Source: Candidatus Dormiibacterota bacterium (GTDB taxonomy: Bacteria; Chloroflexota; Dormibacteria; Aeolococcales; Aeolococcaceae). From it: DNA of 64,000 bases. This document shows, in pieces, positions 63,078-64,000 of this stretch. Position numbers and translations under genes: made by a program. The notes beneath the pieces were generated by a model. That model worked only from the letters and a program-made list of their open reading frames with translations, did not search any database and was not told the origin of the DNA. The stretch's first letter is position 1, and the number at the start of each line of letters is the position of its first letter. The stretch is taken from assembly GCA_963709585.1 (NCBI GenBank), contig CAVPXI010000014.1, positions 128,001 to 192,000 of the forward strand, read 5' to 3'.

Positions 63078-63800
63078 ATGGGAGTGAGACGCCCAGCATA
63101 CGTTGCTGTCGCTGACCATTTACGTGAAATGATCCTGGCGGGCGCCCTGCCCGCCGGCGAGCGCTTGCCGACCGAGGCCGAGCTCGGTGCACAGTTTGGG
63201 GTGAGCCGGAGCACGATCCGCGAGGCTCTCAAGATGCTCTCGTCGATCCGACTTGTTGCCACAAGCCGCGGGGTTTCCGGCGGAAGCATGGTCACAGTCG
63301 GCAATCCGGACGATGTCTCGAAACTGCTGCAGGTGGGCATCACGCAGTTGACTGCCGCGGAGAAATGCACTGTCGACGAGCTGCTCCAGACGCGCGAACT
63401 GCTCGAGGTGCCGGCCGCACGGCTCGCCGCTCAGTTTCGGACCTCGACGCAGATCAATAGCCTGTCAGAGGCGATCCCGCGCTCACTGGCCGACGCCGAC
63501 GGCGGGCAGTTGTTCGAATTGAACCGATTGTTCCACCGTGTCATCCTCGAGGCATCGGGCAACCGCCTGCTGTCGGTTATCACCGAACCTATTTTCTTCG
63601 TACTACAGACACGCTTCTTGCGCGACCGCGCGACGCCAGAGTTCTGGCGTGACGTCAACACTCAACACGCCTCAATCCTCGAAGCGGTAACCCGGGGCGA
63701 CCGCGAACTCGCGGGAGCGAGGATGCAGGAACATTTGCGCCAACTTGGGACCACGTACCGGCGCATCGACACTCATCGGCGGCGGTCGGCGGAAAGCTAA
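63078..63800 (+). CDS. FadR/GntR family regulator
   Basis: GERLPTEAELGAQFGVSRSTIREAL; FHRVILEASGN. Confidence 0.9.
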   Translation: MGVRRPAYVAVADHLREMILAGALPAGERLPTEAELGAQFGVSRSTIREALKMLSSIRLVATSRGVSGGSMVTVGNPDDVSKLLQVGITQLTAAEKCTVDELLQTRELLEVPAARLAAQFRTSTQINSLSEAIPRSLADADGGQLFELNRLFHRVILEASGNRLLSVITEPIFFVLQTRFLRDRATPEFWRDVNTQHASILEAVTRGDRELAGARMQEHLRQLGTTYRRIDTHRRRSAES

Positions 63801-63805
63801 GGCGC

Positions 63806-64000
63806 TTATGGCCGGGTTCGATTATCGACACCTGGCAGCATTCGCCCGGGATCCCTGGTAACCCGAACATCGACGATAGTAGGAAGGTCGTCGTGTTCAA
63901 AGGCTTCCAACAAGGCGGGCTTGAGCTCAGAGGGCTGGTCGACACGGATCCCGTGACAGCCGAAGGCTCGCGCAATGGTTGCGTAGTCCATCTCCACCAG
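63806..64000 (-). CDS. TPP-dependent enzyme (acetolactate synthase-like), C-terminus; partial
   Basis: DYATIARAFGCHGIRV...PTIVDV. Confidence 0.8.
   Translation of the reverse strand: MVEMDYATIARAFGCHGIRVDQPSELKPALLEAFEHDDLPTIVDVRVTRDPGRMLPGVDNRTRP

Overview
High-GC bacterial DNA; the gene families suggest a soil Terrabacteria genome such as Actinomycetota or Ca. Dormibacterota (inference only). 1-9.7 kb is a minus-strand polysaccharide operon: GT4 glycosyltransferase, histidine phosphatase, Wzc-like protein, Wzy-like protein, MurJ, priming transferase and a WbpD/E/B-like amino-sugar trio, preceded by a 10-bp tandem repeat. 10-30 kb holds secreted proteins (two SLT-like paralogs), signalling proteins (PAS-GGDEF-EAL; cyclase-AAA-TPR) and small enzymes. 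The main signal is at 30.8-60.7 kb: six co-oriented copies of the 3' part of a tRNA-Ser(GGA) gene, five of them cut exactly at the anticodon loop. Each sits in an attP-like scaffold with a flanking inverted repeat, 10-bp-phased motifs and paired arm-type repeats; in four junctions the arm pair lies exactly 96 bp from the loop. The junctions divide the region into 3-10 kb cargo cassettes, none with a recognisable integrase, which suggests an integron-like cassette array anchored at a tRNA. Separately, 13 of the ORF-breaking lesions fall on GAGTC/GACTC, most likely methylation-linked long-read errors rather than true pseudogenes.
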